A stretch of 64,000 nucleotides of DNA from an uncultured Planctomycetaceae bacterium. GTDB lineage: Bacteria; Planctomycetota; Planctomycetia; Planctomycetales; Planctomycetaceae. Location: contig CAWFGE010000006.1 in the NCBI GenBank assembly GCA_963815195.1, positions 32,001 to 96,000 on the forward strand, in the 5' to 3' direction. Below, piece by piece: positions 34,460 to 43,901 of this stretch; positions within the stretch are counted from its first letter, which is position 1, and each line of letters begins with the position of its first letter. The notes beneath the pieces are model-generated. The model was not told the origin of the DNA and ran no database searches. It saw nothing but the letters and a program-made list of their open reading frames with translations. The position numbers and the translations under genes were made by a program.

Positions 34460-35489
34460 TTGAGCGTGGTGCGGTTTTTAGGTTTGGACATTGGCGGGGC
34501 GAATCTGAAATTGTCAGACGGCGAAGACATTGCGAAGTCGGCCGCGTTTCCGTTATGGAAAATGCCCGAGCGGTTGGCGGAGGCGCTTGGGGAGTTGACC
34601 GAAAACATCCCGGCGGAGGGGTTCGCGGTGACCATGACGGGCGAGCTTGCGGACTGCTTCGAGACCAAGGCCCGGGGCGTCAATTCTATTCTCGCCGCCG
34701 TGGAAGATGTCGCGGGCAAGCGGCCGGTGTTCGTGTGGCAGACGGGGGCGGAATTCGTCTCCCCCGAAGTTGCGCGGGAGATTCCGTTGTTGACCGCCGC
34801 CGCGAATTGGCACGCCCTGGCGACATGGGTGGGGCGGATGGCACCGGTGGGGCTGAGTTTGATGTTGGACATGGGCAGCACCACGACCGACATTGTTCCC
34901 ATCTGCAACGGCGTGCCGATCCCCGCGGGCTTCACCGACCGCGAACGGCTAAAGACCGGCGAACTGGTTTACACCGGCGTCCGGCGCACGCCGCTGTGTG
35001 CCGTGGCCCAGTCCGTCCCTTTTCGTGGAGAACTCTGCCCCGTCGCGGCGGAGTTCTTCGCGAGCACGCTCGATGTTTATCTGCTCCTGGAGCAGATTGC
35101 GGAAGACGAAACCGACTCCGCGACGGCCAACGGAAAACCCGCCACACGCGCAGCCGCTCACGACCGCTTGGCCCGGATGATCTGTTGCGATCGCAGCGAA
35201 GTGCTTCAACAAGATGCCCTCGGCATGGCGGCTCACTTCGCGGCCGCGCAGCGCCGGCAGGTCGCAGGTGCGATAAAACGCGTTCTGTCGCAGCACGAGG
35301 AGCCGGTTTCGCAGGTGATTCTCTCCGGCAGCGGCGATTTTCTGCTTTCTAGAGTCTGCGATGAACGGGCCTCCTTCCAAGCCGCCGAGCGGATTTTGCT
35401 AAGTGAGGTGTTTCGCGAGGACATCGCCGAAGCCGCGCTGCGCATTTGCGGTTGCAAGACTCGCCGCCGAGCGAGTGCTGCTCGATTAG
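34460..35489 (+). CDS. Hydantoinase-A-like protein of the H4MPT/methanofuran C1 pathway (Orf9/MfnF-like); apparent frameshift near 35438
   Basis: GLDIGGANLK, VTMTGELADCF, AAANWHA, DMGSTTTDI, GELVYTGVRRTP; removing one base restores the end ...AACAFAVARLA...*. Confidence 0.85.
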
Positions 35490-35677
35490 CCACCCGCGCG
35501 GACTGCTTTTTCATCCATCAGGCGGGCGGTTTTCCGCGCGTTGTCTCCGGAAAAGTCTGAGATTTGACCGCGAACCGGTCGAGTTTTCCACGGTGCCGCT
35601 CCGTGGCATACAAATTGCGTTTGAGGGGTCTTGATCCACAACGTCGGGCACTCAGGCGATATCAAAGGGAATCTGAC

Positions 35678-36040
35678 ATGGCAAATTCGACATTTCCGCA
35701 AGCCGAGGAACCGCCCCGGACCATCGAGTTCCGTAAGGCGTTGGTGCATTTGAAGGGACGGTCGGCGGGCGAGATCGAGGTTCCGATTTTCGTCGGCTAT
35801 TCCCGCGATCTCGACTGCGACTTGGGGGAACTCTTCCTCCGCGTGGAAGGTGAGCCGCGGTTGCTACGGCCGATGGCCCGCGAGTATTTGGACGGAAAGG
35901 TGCGGTTGAGGTATTTCTCAAAGCACGTCCAGGAAACGGGAAAGTTGCCGGGCGAACTCCAACTCCACTGGGGTGGAACCCTTGACGACGACGCCGGAGG
36001 AATGATCCTGCTGTTTCGGGAGGCGCGAGGAAATGGTTAA
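35678..36040 (+). CDS. Hypothetical protein
   Basis: AGGGA RBS and an open frame with plausible composition; no recognised motif. Confidence 0.5.
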   Translation: MANSTFPQAEEPPRTIEFRKALVHLKGRSAGEIEVPIFVGYSRDLDCDLGELFLRVEGEPRLLRPMAREYLDGKVRLRYFSKHVQETGKLPGELQLHWGGTLDDDAGGMILLFREARGNG

Positions 36041-36065
36041 GGGTCGCTCTTATTGCCGCATTATC

Positions 36066-36165
36066 AGCCGCAGGGATTAGCCGCAGGGATTAGCCGCAGG
36101 GATTAGCCGCAGGGCGGTAGCCCTGGTTCCTCAAGACAACCGGAGGCTACTGCATTCCGGCTGAC
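36066..36165. repeat. 13-bp tandem repeat (AGCCGCAGGGATT x~4) attached to a REP-like palindrome
   Basis: Direct reading; a similar slippage-amplified REP end occurs at 58358..58457. Confidence 0.75.
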
Positions 36166-36186
36166 AACCACCCCGGCCGGCGATCG

Positions 36187-37405
36187 CTATTCCGATTTCG
36201 CAAGCCGGGGGGCTAAGACCTCTTTGGACAGGCGGATGATTTCGAGATGCTCCACGTCGCGGATCGCGGCGCCCAGATCGCTGGGGAGTTCGGCCGCCGG
36301 TTCCGCTCCTTTGGCTTTCAACCGAAAGTCCACGACAAACGCTCCCGCCTGGAGGCCGGGCGAGACGAACTCGGGCGGCCACAGGGCGCGGACGACCTTG
36401 CGGAAGTGCTGGGCCAAGAGAAACGTTCCCACCATCGAAAACCCGCCCATCACGACTTCCGCCACGCCCTCCGCCGGGCGGTAGCTGTAAAAAATCAACG
36501 CCGGCTCGCGATCACTGTTGGAAGGGATCATCTCCCAAGTGCCGGGTTCGCGTTCAAAGTAGATTCCCGGCTCCTCGGATGAGATGTGTTGGCCGCTGAG
36601 ATCCGCCGCCAGCACGCGGCCGCCGTGGCAGGAGGGCACGTTGACGTCGGTGTCGCGGTATCGATAAAAGAACGGGCACGCGCGGTCGCCGGGCTTCGAG
36701 ACGCGGTCCTGCGTGCCCCAAGGCGTTGCGGAAAACGCCCGCGCAATCGCCAACTCGCAAAGTCCGTTGCTTTTGACGGACCCCAAACACACGAGGGCCC
36801 GGCTGCCGGGGATGCCGTCGAACCGTTCATAAGCCGACGTCGCCTCCTCCTTCATTTGCTGGAACTCCGCATCGCGCTCGGCGGGTTTGGCTTCCTGTGA
36901 CCTCATGGAGCAGCTTCCGCACCATGTACTGGTCGAACCGCGGCGCGAGGTCGGCGGGAATCGGCTGCGGAACGAGCGGCGCATCTTGAAGCGGTTCGTC
37001 CGGGGCGAGCGAGCCCTGCTCGGTGCCGTAGAGTTCGTGCAAAAGCATGCCCTGCAAATACGAATCGGAGGCCGGGATCCACAGCAGCCCGGTGTCGTGC
37101 ATTTCGTGCCGAACCCCAAACGACATCACGAGCACCTGGCGTTCTGCGAGGAATGCCCAAAAATTTTCCGGTTCAAGCGAAAAGAGCCGGCCCGGTAAAT
37201 CGTAAGAAGAGAGGTGATGGGTATTGATCAAGTAGTCGCAAATCGCCCCCAGGCTGTTGAGCGAGAGATATTGCACTTCGTTTTTCAAAAGCGCCGAGAC
37301 CTGATGCCGCTCGAGTCCGGTTTCTTCCGAAATTTTTTTAATGGTGCCTCGTCCGGTGTCCCGGAGTTCGTTGAGGAGTTCCGCGAGTCGAAATCTAACT
37401 TGCAT
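36187..37405 (-). CDS. Cro/C1-type HTH transcriptional regulator with a large uncharacterised C-terminal domain (apparent frameshift near 36915)
   Basis: MQVRFRLAELL...TIKKISEETGLERHQVSALLKNEVQYLSLNSLGAICDYL (HTH_26-like); the C-terminal part (LVCLGSVKSN...MGGFSMVGT) is in the shifted frame; divergent from the Ubl operon. Confidence 0.75.
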
Positions 37406-37755
37406 AGGAAGCCTCTTATGGCGGTTTATTCTCCACAGAAACCTATGGCGGTTTGTTTTCCCAAAAGACACGGCTTTGGGCAGGAAGGACGCCGAAAGGA
37501 CGCACGAGTTGTCACTGTGTTCACTTTAGGATCCTTCATGGTTCATAAAAAAACAACAACGCAAGTATTTACTGAATAATATGTTAAGGCGTTAGACCCG
37601 AAGGTCTCCTGAAAGGCGCGATCCATGAGCCTTTCGTTTGTGTCAAAGTTTGCCGATTGATCCAAACAAGTCAACATTTCCGAATTGTAGATTTTTTTTC
37701 CGAAACCGTCGGAATTTTCTTGATTCCCGATTTGGGCAAGTTACCATGATTCTCA
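37406..37755. promoter_or_regulatory. AT-rich divergent promoter region between the HTH regulator and the Ubl operon
   Basis: Markedly AT-rich spacer (e.g. ATAAAAAAACAAC...TATTTACTGAATAATATGTTAA) between head-to-head genes; exact promoter elements not resolved. Confidence 0.55.
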
Positions 37756-38196
37756 ATGTCATACCAACGGTCGCTCGCCGTTAAGGAGGTCAAGCTCATG
37801 ACATCGAATCCCCCTCCCGTTGAACAGTGGGACCCTTTCTTTCGCGACGTGCAGCTCAAACTGGTCGACCGGCTGGGCCTTCAAAACGTCGTTATCTCGG
37901 TGGGGCGTCACAGAGGCTCCAACGGGAAAGTGGAGGTGAGCCTCTTCAACCAAGTTTCCTCCTCGGACGCGTCGGAGCGGGACCCCACGATCCAATGCCC
38001 CGCGGATCCAAAAATCGCCGCCAATGAACTCCCGAAGGAAATTCAAGCAATCTTAGACACGTTGCTGGCGGGTTGTTCGGTCAATTTCGGAGACATCTAC
38101 TTTTTTGTGAACCGAGGTTGGCTGCGGAAAACCATGTTTACCGTCTCCGCCCGGCCGGACGAATCCTCGTATCCTTTCTTCATTGTCAACATTTGA
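37756..38196 (+). CDS. Hypothetical protein, first ORF of the cluster
   Basis: 146-aa ORF; the C-terminal FGDIYFFVNRG...TVSARP hairpin loosely resembles DUF2292-like motifs (weak). Confidence 0.55.
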   Translation: MSYQRSLAVKEVKLMTSNPPPVEQWDPFFRDVQLKLVDRLGLQNVVISVGRHRGSNGKVEVSLFNQVSSSDASERDPTIQCPADPKIAANELPKEIQAILDTLLAGCSVNFGDIYFFVNRGWLRKTMFTVSARPDESSYPFFIVNI

Positions 38197-38432
38197 TTGG
38201 GAGATTGTTCCGGTCACTCGTCGTTTGGGCAGCTGCTCGCTGCAAACCGAGGTGACCGCCCGCTCTTTCTGATTCTGATCTTCCCCGGAAAGAGTTGCAA
38301 CAACTTTATCCTTGGATGACCCGCGTTTGCAAAACGAGGTCGGCCAATTGTTTCGCCCCATCCCCCGCGGAGGGTGGCGAAAGACTGGCCGGCCTCGTTT
38401 TTTTTGGCCTCTCGCCTAAAGGAATTTTTGAC

Positions 38433-39029
38433 ATGACTCTGCTCTCCCCGCATTCCAAGGCCTGGAGCCTGCGAAAAGAAAAAATCCTCCAGGTCCTCGG
38501 GGACTTCTCCCAGAAAAGTCCGGCGATGTCCTTGTTGAGTTTCGAAGACACCGGCGACGAGGTGCGGGGGATTGTCCAGTTCGAGACCGAGACCCTGGTG
38601 AAACTGCCGGGGCAAGACGTGCAACTGGCCGGTCCCGTGGTCGCCGGGATTCGCTATCACCACCTGTTCCAATCGCAGGCCCCCGTGCCCTGGGAACTCG
38701 TCACGATCCTGTTCCCGATGGCGGTGTATCACCCGAACGTGAATGCGGGCGGGGGGTTATGTCTCGGACATCCCGCGGCCAACGTGCCGATGGACTTGAT
38801 TCTCCACATGACCTGGGCGGCGCTGGTGCTCAACACCCGCCTGGTCACGACCACGGATTGGAACGTGTTCAACCGCGAGGCCGCCGCGTTCGTTCGCCAG
38901 CACAAGGGCCGGTTTCCGCTGACCGAACGGGGCCTGTTGGAAGCCGTTCCGCTTCCCGCCGCCGTCTCCCAAACCGCCGTTCAAAACCCGACCGCCCCGA
39001 CCCCGCCAAAGGAGGAAGCTCAATCATGA
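38433..39029 (+). CDS. UBC-type ubiquitin-conjugating enzyme (E2)
   Basis: VYHPNVNAGGGLCLG matches the canonical HPN...G-x-x-C-L active site (Cys codon at 38760); downstream NREAA helix motif. Confidence 0.85.
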   Translation: MTLLSPHSKAWSLRKEKILQVLGDFSQKSPAMSLLSFEDTGDEVRGIVQFETETLVKLPGQDVQLAGPVVAGIRYHHLFQSQAPVPWELVTILFPMAVYHPNVNAGGGLCLGHPAANVPMDLILHMTWAALVLNTRLVTTTDWNVFNREAAAFVRQHKGRFPLTERGLLEAVPLPAAVSQTAVQNPTAPTPPKEEAQS

Positions 39030-39907
39030 TTGCCGCCCAAAAGTCCGCCGTGCGCACCATACCCGATTGCCTGCTCAAATGCGGCTGGTCTCCGCGGGGC
39101 CGATTGCAGAATTCGTTCTGCCTGCAGACGCCCCAAGGCGAAGCCGTGCTCGAACGCCAGCCCGCGAATGCTCAAAGCGGGTGGACGGAATGGATTTTAG
39201 ATAGCCCGCATCTTCCAAAGCCGGAGCCGCAAGGCGTGTTCTCGGCCAATCGCCAGATCGAGGGGCCTTGGAAATTCGTGGTCACACCCGCGGGCGAGGT
39301 TATTTGCCGGGGCGATTTCCCACGGGAGGCGAACGTGACCGACGATGCGTTCGACCTGGCCGCGGGGCGAACCTGGTCGCCTTTGGAATTCTGGGCGGAG
39401 TCGGCGACGCACATCGCCCAAACCGGTTCGTCCTCTCTGGTCGATGCGCCCAAACCGCCGGCTCCGGCCTTGGTGCATTGGCTTAAGGAGCATGGCTTTG
39501 TGGCGTCGGCCGACGGCGAAGCGGTGAAGGTGACGGTTCCGCTCTCCGGCACGTTCCGCGAGGTCGCGGTCGATTGGGGCCAGGATGGAAACGTTCGGCT
39601 CCAAGCCGAGATCGGCCGGCTCGCGGGCTGGCCGGAATCTTCACGCGCCGCCGCGGAGGATTTTCTGGAGGAAGCCAATCGCCGGCTGCGGCTCGTCCGC
39701 GTGGCTCAGCCGGGCGAAGAGAAGGTGTATTGCCTGGAGGCGTGTTTTTGTGCGCCCGGTCCCGGTGTCTGGTTGCAGTCGGCCTTGGATGCCCTCTGCA
39801 CCGGCATGGCGCTCTTAGTTCAGCCGTTGGCCGCGCTCCGGGATCCCGGCGTGGCCGACATGCTCTTGGCCGGCAGTTCGGCCAAACGAAAAGGAGGTGT
39901 CGAATGA
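39026..39907 (+). CDS. Uncharacterised protein, probable tandem YbjN/CesT (T3SS chaperone)-like fold
   Basis: ATGA-coupled to both the E2 and Ubl-1; two segments with a helix-N-x-x-hydrophobic-strand pattern (FSANRQIEGPWKF; LEEANRRLRLVRV). Confidence 0.5.
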   Translation: MIAAQKSAVRTIPDCLLKCGWSPRGRLQNSFCLQTPQGEAVLERQPANAQSGWTEWILDSPHLPKPEPQGVFSANRQIEGPWKFVVTPAGEVICRGDFPREANVTDDAFDLAAGRTWSPLEFWAESATHIAQTGSSSLVDAPKPPAPALVHWLKEHGFVASADGEAVKVTVPLSGTFREVAVDWGQDGNVRLQAEIGRLAGWPESSRAAAEDFLEEANRRLRLVRVAQPGEEKVYCLEACFCAPGPGVWLQSALDALCTGMALLVQPLAALRDPGVADMLLAGSSAKRKGGVE

Positions 39908-40209
39908 CCGCAGTCTTGGACGCCCCCGTGATCCCGGATGAACTCACCATCGAAGTGAGCGATCCCACGGGGTTCCAGCACGTCACATTGGAAGGGGTCC
40001 GGGCCTCGGCCACCACCAGCGACATTGTCGCGATGGCAAAGGGTGCGCTGCGTTTGCCCCCGAACGTCCTGTGGGACCTTCGGGAAGAACGCAGCAGCCG
40101 CTTGCTGCCGCCCGATTCTCGTATCGGTGATGTGGCCGGGGAAGCAGCCCCGCACGTCAAGGTGACGATGCAGCCGGATGCCGGCCTCGCCGGCCATCGG
40201 GTTTGCTAA
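39904..40209 (+). CDS. Ubiquitin-like (beta-grasp, YukD/EsaB-like) protein Ubl-1
   Basis: 101 aa; LTIEVSDPTG...TTSDIVAMAKGALRLP...LLPPDSRIGD...VTMQPDAGLAG followed by HRVC; AAGGAGG RBS. Confidence 0.7.
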   Translation: MTAVLDAPVIPDELTIEVSDPTGFQHVTLEGVRASATTSDIVAMAKGALRLPPNVLWDLREERSSRLLPPDSRIGDVAGEAAPHVKVTMQPDAGLAGHRVC

Positions 40210-40268
40210 GGCCCGATCCGCACCCGCCGGCGATGGCGGGCGGGTGCGGGTTTTGATTTCTGCATTTT

Positions 40269-40351
40269 GTCGGGTCCGCTGTGCGGGCCACGGAATGACA
40301 ACAAAACACCCGAACCATCACAACGAATCTGGTCCGCACAGCGGACCCTAC
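40269..40351. repeat. REP-like inverted pair, family E
   Basis: GGGTCCGCTGTGCGGGCCA ... TGGTCCGCACAGCGGACCCTAC. Confidence 0.75.
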
Positions 40352-40388
40352 AAGACTGAATCACCCAAACGACAAGGAGCCGACGCCC

Positions 40389-41501
40389 ATGAAAACATCA
40401 ACTTCTCCGCTGGCCTTTGCCGATCCCGCAGCCGGTGCGAATGACGCAAAACGGTTTGGCTACCGCCTGGTGTTCCAGCGGGCGTCCGACGGCAAACGCC
40501 TGGATACAGGCTTCGCCGATCCGTTCTGGCTGGAGAGTCTCAAAGAGCAAGCGATTTTCCAGGCCCAGCGCCGGGGCCTTGTCGCTGCCGATCCCGCGCA
40601 GGCCGTCGTCTCGGAGCATCCGCTATTCGCGGAAAATACCGACGGCCGGCTCAAGGGATTCGCGATGGCCGCGGGCGAAGGGGAATCCTCGCATTGGACG
40701 CATTTTGAATTGGCGTCCGCCTTCTCCGCCCCGGCGGAAACGGCCCTCCAAAAACTTCTGGAAAGCAAACAACTCGGCACCGACGACAAAGTCACGTTCC
40801 AAATCTTCGCCGAGCCGGCGTCCGAAACCCAGGAAGATGCACCGCAAAACCCCGGCGTGCGGGCGACGGTCCAGCGCAATCCGCTGCCGCTCCTCGCAGG
40901 CCGGCTCTCCGATTTTCTCCCCGATGCCAAACCCAGCGGCGAGATGCAGGAGAAGGACCATCACCTGTTTCTGCCGCGAAAGCTGTTCGAGCAGGCGCGG
41001 GACTATTGCTTCAAAACCGGCAAACAGGAAGGCGGGGCGATGATCGTGGCCCGGATGTATCGCCAGACCGAACCGGAGCCGGACCTCTTCGTCGTGGCAC
41101 ACGCGGTCGTGGAGCTTCGCCATGCCAAGCAGTCGCAGTTCGGGTTCGAGCCGACGTCGGAAACCTTCGCGGACCTGGGAACCCAGCTCAATCTCCGGCG
41201 GACGCGGCTGGGTTTTCCAGAAGAGGTGCCCGCGGTTTTGGTGCATAACCATCCGTTCGAGCCGTCGGTCCGCGACGACGGCGAAGCCAACTGCCCGGCC
41301 TGCCCGCTGCAGCAGGAGTGCCAACTGACCTCGAGCTTTTATAGCGCCAGCGATGTGAATTTCCACCTCAGCATGTACGGCAGCCAGCCGTTCGTGGCGG
41401 GGATTGTGATCGGTCTCACGCCCCGCCGGGAAGACGACGTCCGCATGTTCATTTTGGACGGCACCAAAACCCGCGAACGCGGCTTTCATTGGATCGAATA
41501 G
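40389..41501 (+). CDS. JAB/JAMM metallopeptidase JAB-1 with an N-terminal extra domain and a Cys-rich insert
   Basis: QEGGAMIV (catalytic Glu), LVHNHPF (HxH), FYSASD (S-x-x-D); CPACPLQQEC lies between HxH and SxxD. Confidence 0.82.
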   Translation: MKTSTSPLAFADPAAGANDAKRFGYRLVFQRASDGKRLDTGFADPFWLESLKEQAIFQAQRRGLVAADPAQAVVSEHPLFAENTDGRLKGFAMAAGEGESSHWTHFELASAFSAPAETALQKLLESKQLGTDDKVTFQIFAEPASETQEDAPQNPGVRATVQRNPLPLLAGRLSDFLPDAKPSGEMQEKDHHLFLPRKLFEQARDYCFKTGKQEGGAMIVARMYRQTEPEPDLFVVAHAVVELRHAKQSQFGFEPTSETFADLGTQLNLRRTRLGFPEEVPAVLVHNHPFEPSVRDDGEANCPACPLQQECQLTSSFYSASDVNFHLSMYGSQPFVAGIVIGLTPRREDDVRMFILDGTKTRERGFHWIE

Positions 41502-41528
41502 CCCCGTCACAAAAACCTCTCGTCTTCT

Positions 41529-41641
41529 TAAGCCGCGCACGAAGTCAGCGGTTTTCACTTTGGTTTTTCTTGAGCCGCGCACGAAGTCAGCGGTTTTCAA
41601 GTTATCAGAAACTTAGATCCGCTTACTTCGTGCGCGGCTCA
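41529..41641. repeat. REP-like cluster, family B (two direct and one inverted unit)
   Basis: AGCCGCGCACGAAGTCAGCGGTTTTCA x2, then CCGCTTACTTCGTGCGCGGCTCA. Confidence 0.85.
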
Positions 41642-41690
41642 GTGGTTTTTTGGAAATTGAATCTTCATCCCCAATTGGAAGGAACGATTT

Positions 41691-43400
41691 ATGTCGCTCA
41701 AACCTCCCCAGAATCCCGTTGACTTCCACAAAGCCATCGAAATCTGCCGGCAGTTGAATCTGCCCCCCAAGGCCCGGGCGGAGACGCTCATCTATTTAGT
41801 GATGGAGCAGGGGCTGGATTTGGCGCCGGCCCTTGCGGAGATTCTCAATGAGGCCGACGAAGGCCGGGTCAAAAAGGCCGAGGAAGACGAGGAACACACC
41901 CCTCTGTTGCCGGTGCGGTTCATCGCGCATGTGAAAGTGGGCGGCAAAGCGTACGCGGTCGTGACCGGTCCGCAGGGCACGACTTATCTGCCTTGCTCCG
42001 ATCAGGAGATCAAGGGGCTCGAGTTCGGGGATTCGGTGCTCGTCGATTCCAAGAAAGGCCGCGTGGTCGGCCGCGACGGCGCGGTCCCCCCGGCCGGGGA
42101 AGTCGTGCCGGTGGACAGCTTGTCCGCCGACGATGCCGGGCAGGTCGTGGTCAAAGTCCAGGAGCAGGAAGTCATGGCCCGCGTGCCGCTCAAACTCCGC
42201 CGGGAATCGCCGATCCAGCCGGGACAGCGGGTGATCTTCGACGCGGCGACGCGGTTCATCGACCAGGTCGTCCACAGCGGTTCCGACGGCGAGGAGTTGT
42301 TGACCGATCTGGATTCGCTGGATTCGGTCTCCCGCGCCGATTTGGGCGCGCCGCATCCGGTGCTGGACGACATGCTGTTCCGCATCCGCCAGGACGTTTT
42401 GTATCCCGAATGGGCCCGGCAAATGGGGGCCCGGCTTTCGGCGAGCTACCTGCTCTCCGGCCCGACCGGCACCGGCAAAACGATGCACCTCAAAGTCCTG
42501 GCCCGCGAAGTGGCCGACTTCCTCGAAGACCTCACCGGCGAACGCACCAGTCCGCTGATCACCGTCGATGCCAATTCCTTCTATTCGCCCTGGTTCGGCT
42601 CGACGGAAAGCAAGATTCATTCCTTCTTCGAGCGGCTCCACAAATTGGGGGCCAAACAGATGACGACCAAGGACGGCGTCATCGCGACGCGGCCGCTGAT
42701 CGTTACGCTCGAAGAATGCGAAGCCCTCCTGCGGTCGCGCGGCGAAATGGGAGGCAGCGGGCATTTGTTCGATCGGCCTCTGTCGCTGATCCTGCAGAAA
42801 ATCAGTTCGCTGGGGAACGATCTCCACATGCCGGTGTATTTCGTCGCCACCACCAATCGGCCCGACTTGTTGGATGCGGCGGCCCGGCGGCGGATCGGGA
42901 TTCGGCACGTCGTGTTGGGCACATTGACTGCCGCCCAAGCCGCGAGCGTCCTGGAAACCAAACTCGGGCCTTCGATGAAGTACCGCGGGGCGGAGGCTGC
43001 GGATCAATCCCGGCAGCAACTCGTCCAGCAGGTGCTGAATTTCCTGTTCGCGGGGGATGATGCGGCGCAGGGGATTGCGGAGGTGCGGTTCCTCGACAAC
43101 AACCGCCGCACGCTCTGCCGCCGGCATCTCGTGACCGGGGCGATGCTGGAAGAAGCCGTGAGCGCCGCCACGGACGACTGCCTCAAAGAAAGTGCCGAGG
43201 CGGGCGAACTCGTGGGCATCGATGCCCAGGGGGTGATTCGCTCGCTGGAGTCGCAATTCCGCAGCCTGGCGGGAACGCTGCGAGCCCACAACCTGCCCGA
43301 ATATTGCCCGCAATGGTTCGCGGACGAGCCGTTGCGCGTGGAGCACGTCCGCCCGCTCGCCGGCCGCACCCGCCGCCCGGCCTCGTGGGCGGTCAATTAA
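41691..43400 (+). CDS. AAA+ ATPase related to the proteasomal ATPase Mpa/ARC
   Basis: Two OB-fold-like N-terminal segments, Walker A GPTGTGKT, pore loop SPWFGSTE, Walker B VTLEECE, TTNRPDLLDAAARRR; C-terminal AEVRFLDNNRRTLCRRHLVTGAMLEEAV parallels the ARC 'EVTYANG...SGAMI' region. Confidence 0.8.
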   Translation: MSLKPPQNPVDFHKAIEICRQLNLPPKARAETLIYLVMEQGLDLAPALAEILNEADEGRVKKAEEDEEHTPLLPVRFIAHVKVGGKAYAVVTGPQGTTYLPCSDQEIKGLEFGDSVLVDSKKGRVVGRDGAVPPAGEVVPVDSLSADDAGQVVVKVQEQEVMARVPLKLRRESPIQPGQRVIFDAATRFIDQVVHSGSDGEELLTDLDSLDSVSRADLGAPHPVLDDMLFRIRQDVLYPEWARQMGARLSASYLLSGPTGTGKTMHLKVLAREVADFLEDLTGERTSPLITVDANSFYSPWFGSTESKIHSFFERLHKLGAKQMTTKDGVIATRPLIVTLEECEALLRSRGEMGGSGHLFDRPLSLILQKISSLGNDLHMPVYFVATTNRPDLLDAAARRRIGIRHVVLGTLTAAQAASVLETKLGPSMKYRGAEAADQSRQQLVQQVLNFLFAGDDAAQGIAEVRFLDNNRRTLCRRHLVTGAMLEEAVSAATDDCLKESAEAGELVGIDAQGVIRSLESQFRSLAGTLRAHNLPEYCPQWFADEPLRVEHVRPLAGRTRRPASWAVN

Positions 43401-43403
43401 CCC

Positions 43404-43552
43404 GGCGAGCGGGGGGCGTCAGCCCCCTGGTTACGTCGAGAGTTGAAACCGCGAAGAACCCAAAGAGACACAAACAGAACCAAAACCGAAAAGCGACAAT
43501 GTGAACCAACCGGTAGCCAATACAACCAGGGGGCTGACGCCCCCCGCTCGCC
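43404..43552. repeat. REP-like inverted pair, family C
   Basis: GGCGAGCGGGGGGCGTCAGCCCCCTGG ... CCAGGGGGCTGACGCCCCCCGCTCGCC; a single unit also at 52218. Confidence 0.88.
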
Positions 43553-43583
43553 TGAAACATTTTTTTCAACAAGGAGAACTCTC

Positions 43584-43898
43584 ATGAACTTTCGATTGCT
43601 CAAGAAGAAACTCGATTCCGAAATCCAACCGCAACAGCCCCTCGGCGGCGGAGGCGATCCTTCCGGCGGCGATGGCTGTCCGCAGGGCAGCGTGTTCTGC
43701 CGGCATGGGATTCATTCCGGCTGGTTTCCCATCGCGGGGATGCGGCTGGGCGACGCCCGGCCGATTCTCAATCAGTTGCTCAACATCGACCCCGAAGCCG
43801 TCGCCGTGATCAACGGCCAGATTGTCAACGACGATTTCATCATCGGCGAGGATGTCGAGCTTTTGAACTTCGTCAAGAAATCTTCAATCAAAGGCTGA
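43584..43898 (+). CDS. Ubiquitin-like (ThiS/MoaD/Prok-Ub-like) protein Ubl-2, ending ...SSIKG
   Basis: AAGGAG RBS; AVAVINGQIVNDDFIIGEDVELLNFVKK beta-grasp pattern; terminal Gly at the stop. Confidence 0.8.
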   Translation: MNFRLLKKKLDSEIQPQQPLGGGGDPSGGDGCPQGSVFCRHGIHSGWFPIAGMRLGDARPILNQLLNIDPEAVAVINGQIVNDDFIIGEDVELLNFVKKSSIKG

Positions 43899-43901
43899 CC
43901 G

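Noticed and set aside
36066..36126. Possible CRISPR array (also the repeats at 41529..41641)
   Set aside because: No unique spacers of regular length, too few units and no cas genes; these are tandem or REP repeats.
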